From Schmidtea polychroa (taxonomy: Eukaryota): 64,000 nt of DNA. Shown here in pieces: positions 61,804-64,000 of this stretch. Location: assembly GCA_044892525.1 (NCBI GenBank), contig CM097885.1:25236001-25300000 (forward strand), written 5' to 3'. Every line of letters starts with the position of its first letter. Positions within the stretch are counted from its first letter, which is position 1. Position numbers and translations under genes: made by a program. Under the pieces are notes generated by a model, which was not told the origin of the DNA, made no database searches, and was given only the letters and a program-made list of their open reading frames with translations.

Positions 61804-62357
61804 TGAGGGCTGAGTCGAAATGAATTTGTTACACTTTTGAAATAGTCTGCGTTGGTTCCTAATGCTGATTGTTCCTTAAATAATTCCGGTTGTCGGTATG
61901 TCGCTACTGATTTCTTGATCTATAACAGTCGATATTTTTTATGATTCGCTTACCTATAAAATTTTTGAGTTAACAGTGATTCTAATGATTTTGGTGCTTT
62001 ATTATATACTGATTTTTCGTGTGTGCGGACCAATCAGAATTGAGTACCGCTTAGTTTTTCTAATTTAATTTACTTTTTTTGTTTTTTTGGTTATTTTTCT
62101 TATTTTTCTTATATTTTTTTATTTGTTTCTTTAATTTCCTCATTATTTACTGAATTTTACGTCATTTTATTCGTTATTTTATTTTTCTTATCTTAATTTT
62201 CTTATTTTTATTCTTTGTTTTAATTCTTATATCTTAATTTATTGTTTCTTTTGTATTTTGATTCCAGTTTATTTTTAAATTTGTTTGTTTTATTTTTATT
62301 TTATTTAACGACTTGCTTATCCTAATTTCCTAGCTATGCTTTCGACTCAGCCCAACA
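61804..62357. mobile_element. Solo-LTR-like element
   Basis: TGAGGGCTGAGTCGAAA...TTTCGACTCAGCCCAACA termini; T-skewed interior; no clear TSD. Confidence 0.55.
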
Positions 62358-63559
62358 GTAGTAACTATAACGACAATAGTGGTTTGTAGGATTTATATTT
62401 TATAATTATATAGTTATACTGAAAATTTAGTAATGACTTCTAATTTATAGTGTTATAAGTTATGCCTCTCTTTCCATAACTGAACATCAGTAATATTTTG
62501 CAATTCCTACAGAGTGTTTAATGTTCAATTCAATTTATAATTTCGTAACTGATACGGATTTATACTCTTTGGATTGATACTAACGAAAGTTTATATTTTA
62601 AGGGTAATAGGAATTCGAAATTGAATTTCTCAAGTGTGGATCTATAATTTAGGAATAATATAATTTTAGGAATAATAGATTCATAGTTTACCTTTTAGAA
62701 ACGATGTGAATTTGGGATTCATATTTTATAATACAGGTTTATGAGTTATCAGTTAAGAAATAATATAGTTTAGGTATGATATAAATTTATAGTTTGTATT
62801 TTCAAGAGTATTACGAATTGGTAATCCATATTTTATAATGTAGGTTTATAAATTATAATTTAGCAGTAATATAAATTTTGGTGTCATGGTTTTGGTTTAC
62901 ATTTTTAGGAGTACTGTAACTTTATAATTTGGACTTTCTTAAAAAAAAAATTCCGGAATTTTGAGAAAATATCTGTTTAAAAATTTAGTTGTCTGGGCTG
63001 TCGGTAACTTATACTTTTATCTCCCACCAAATACTCACATTCGCTGAAGCAAGAAACAAAAAAATGGATTATTTGTATATTTTCAGCGACAGTTATGACC
63101 CAAAAACGGAAATCGATTGGTTGATCTACATGTTATGATTACTAATAAAGAATATAGACTTTGTTATTTTACATTTAAATGTATTTTAGTAATTTAGTAA
63201 AATTCATGCTATTAAATTAATTTAAATTTGTTTTAATTAACGATCGAACATTAAAAAAATAACCTAGTGACTAAGTCTTAGTCGGATAATCTTGACTGAA
63301 GGCTTTAACCATTTTGGTTTTTCTATAATATATAAAATATCCAACAACTTGGCGGTTTTGGACCATCACATTGATTTATTTGATTTATTTATTATTGTTG
63401 TATCGTGCGTATACATATTGCAATAAGTAGTAAAAGCAATAACACTTATATTTTCAGATTAACTTTATTTACGAAATTTTTCACTAATTTTTAAATGTAA
63501 GTATTTAATTTTCAAATTTTTAATTATTATAAATTATTTTAACATTAATAATTTTAAAT

Positions 63560-63860
63560 TAAAATTGAAAGTTTTTTTAATAAGTTATGCTTTCCCAAAC
63601 GGAAATCGATTGGTCAAAGCACGAAAGAATGTCAATTCAATACCATCACTAATCATAAAAAATGAATTTTTTATGATCCCTATTGGTGATATTTGAATAG
63701 CTTTACTTATTAATGAGGGCCATGGGAGCCAATATTTAAAATATTTTATGTCACAAACTTTCTCGGGAGCGTAGTCAATAATTTCCCAAAATTTCATGGC
63801 GATTGGATGAATGGTGTAGTAATGGATACAGGACATACATTAATTTATTTATATATTATG
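63560..63860 (-). mobile_element. Helitron-like 5' fragment
   Basis: Reverse strand TGTATGTCC...CATCCAATCGCCATGAAATTTTGG motif typical of non-autonomous helitrons. Confidence 0.45.
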
Positions 63861-64000
63861 CAACATAAAAATAATAATAATTATCAAGATTGTTACATTT
63901 ACAATAAAAATCAAGATTAAAATTGTCAGAACGATACTGATCAATCAAATGCTTATAATTTCGATTGGTCTAACTGTATTAATTTTTATTGGATTTTTTT

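Overview
Very AT-rich, microsatellite- and transposon-dense eukaryotic DNA. The (AAT)n arrays, a 44-nt intron and the TE mix suggest a freshwater planarian-like genome (inference only). The left half (~13.9-33.3 kb, + strand) holds the 3' portion of a divergent multi-exon Kidins220/ARMS-like gene. I reconstructed 7 exons with consistent splice phases, covering the KAP P-loop/TM region and a SAM-like domain; the ankyrin and Walker A exons were not found. Its introns contain a piggyBac-type MITE, a Tigger fragment and a 5'-truncated Penelope-like insertion whose inverted arms each carry a minimal hammerhead ribozyme motif. The right half (~35-64 kb) is a nested TE graveyard: an apparently intact Merlin/ISXO2 transposon (TIRs, 8-bp TSD, 321-aa DDE ORF), hAT, Tc1 and LTR-retrotransposon remnants, a ~295-bp near-perfect inverted repeat and tandem repeats. 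Two unexpected items sit there: three diverged copies of a small protein family I do not recognise (motif LTRL..xxIxYxIxxW), and a duplicated, internally deleted BAF (barrier-to-autointegration factor)-like sequence. All homology calls are by eye against recalled family motifs; no searches were run.
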